Positions 63,301-64,000 of a DNA stretch of 64,000 nucleotides are shown here, in pieces. The translations under genes were made by a program, and so were the position numbers. The notes beneath the pieces are model-generated. The model ran no database searches and was not told the origin of the DNA. It saw only the letters and a program-made list of their open reading frames with translations. The stretch covers positions 6,912,493-6,976,492 of the forward strand of contig CM055976.1 of assembly GCA_029531755.1 (NCBI GenBank), in the 5' to 3' direction. This DNA is from Holothuria leucospilota. Lineage: Eukaryota. Within the stretch, counting starts at the first letter, position 1. Each line of letters opens with the position of its first letter.

Positions 63301-64000
63301 GTATATCCCGTTTGCGGAGAACTGTTTGTAGTATTTCACCTGAACACGAACATTTGTGATTTTACGGATGGGTTTTGATTTCTATTAATTATTACGCTCC
63401 TCTCTTCCCTCCCATTTGCCTTTGTAAGGTAAAGAGGTTTTTTGGAAGCAGATGAATAGATGATTAAATTTGGTTTTGTGAGTTTCTATTTTTAACAGAC
63501 AGAGAAATTGTGTGAGCTACACGACAGCATTGCTGTTCTAGTTAAGGAGAGAAGTGATGCTTGAGTGAAATATTTGTTCAGCACCATCATGCAGAGCTGC
63601 CAACCATTATGTTTTTGCCGTAATTTTTTTTTTTTCCCGAAATTCTGATTGTATTGTCATGCAGTGTATATGTAATACACAGCACACTAAGATCAGACTG
63701 GTGCAGTGTTCTAACAAATGGCTGATACGTACATCGTATGTCTGACAAAGTTGCATGCATGCACAGAGCAGTCATATTGTGCTGTTTGCAGGCACAGAGT
63801 TCAAACAGTAATTGAGCAAGCAACATGCACTGCATGCACACTATGTTATGCACTATGCATGCATACTGTACTGTGCATTACATGCCTTGTAGCTGAGTGT
63901 GGTGTGCAGTGCAATCTAGTATGAAATGGTAAATACAGTGCAGTGGAGTAGTGGGAGTGGATGTCTATGTGCACAAGGCCCAGGATCATAGAATACGATG

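Overview
This 64-kb window is eukaryotic, AT-rich (roughly 38% GC) and saturated with interspersed and tandem repeats. It looks like a repeat-dense intronic or intergenic region of an invertebrate-type genome. No CRISPR array, rRNA gene or other prokaryotic feature is present.

Recognisable mobile elements:
- A structurally complete DIRS-like tyrosine-recombinase retrotransposon at about 9885-17049. Its inverted terminal repeats (ITRs) and internal complementary region (ICR) are intact, and its gag-like, RT/RNase H/methyltransferase-like and YR reading frames are interrupted by several frameshifts.
- A 5'-truncated, frameshifted Penelope-like element (RT plus GIY-YIG endonuclease) on the minus strand at about 19.4-21.0 kb.
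- A 5'-truncated non-LTR LINE fragment on the minus strand at about 22.9-24.7 kb, with a satellite unit inserted into it.
- A CR1/L2-type LINE fragment on the plus strand at about 61.0-63.3 kb, carrying in-frame stops and a frameshift.
- Several non-autonomous DNA-transposon derivatives (MITEs): one Tc1-like with a TA target-site duplication (TSD), one family with 5-bp TSDs, and one with an 8-bp TSD.
- tRNA-related SINE-like units, including a 3x312-bp tandem block flanked by (TA)n.

The dominant feature is a repeat family of about 147 bp that forms at least 12 tandem arrays. All arrays are in the same orientation. Each monomer carries a perfect AGGTCAaAGGTCA (DR1) motif plus two DR4-spaced GGTCA half-sites. 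The arrays are organised as composite elements with a hairpin head, a GT-microsatellite, the array, a 55-60-bp sub-repeat block and one of two hairpin-containing tails that end in TTCTGGT.

On the plus strand there are five or six exon-like blocks with canonical splice signals, all compatible with phase 0. They encode a low-complexity protein with FG/GLFG-type repeats and poly-proline (PPPPLP-type) segments. Their introns, from 28 kb to 57 kb, hold most of the repeats.

An RNA gene is at most a degenerate tRNA-like sequence. Most other ORFs in the track are translation shadows of repeats.
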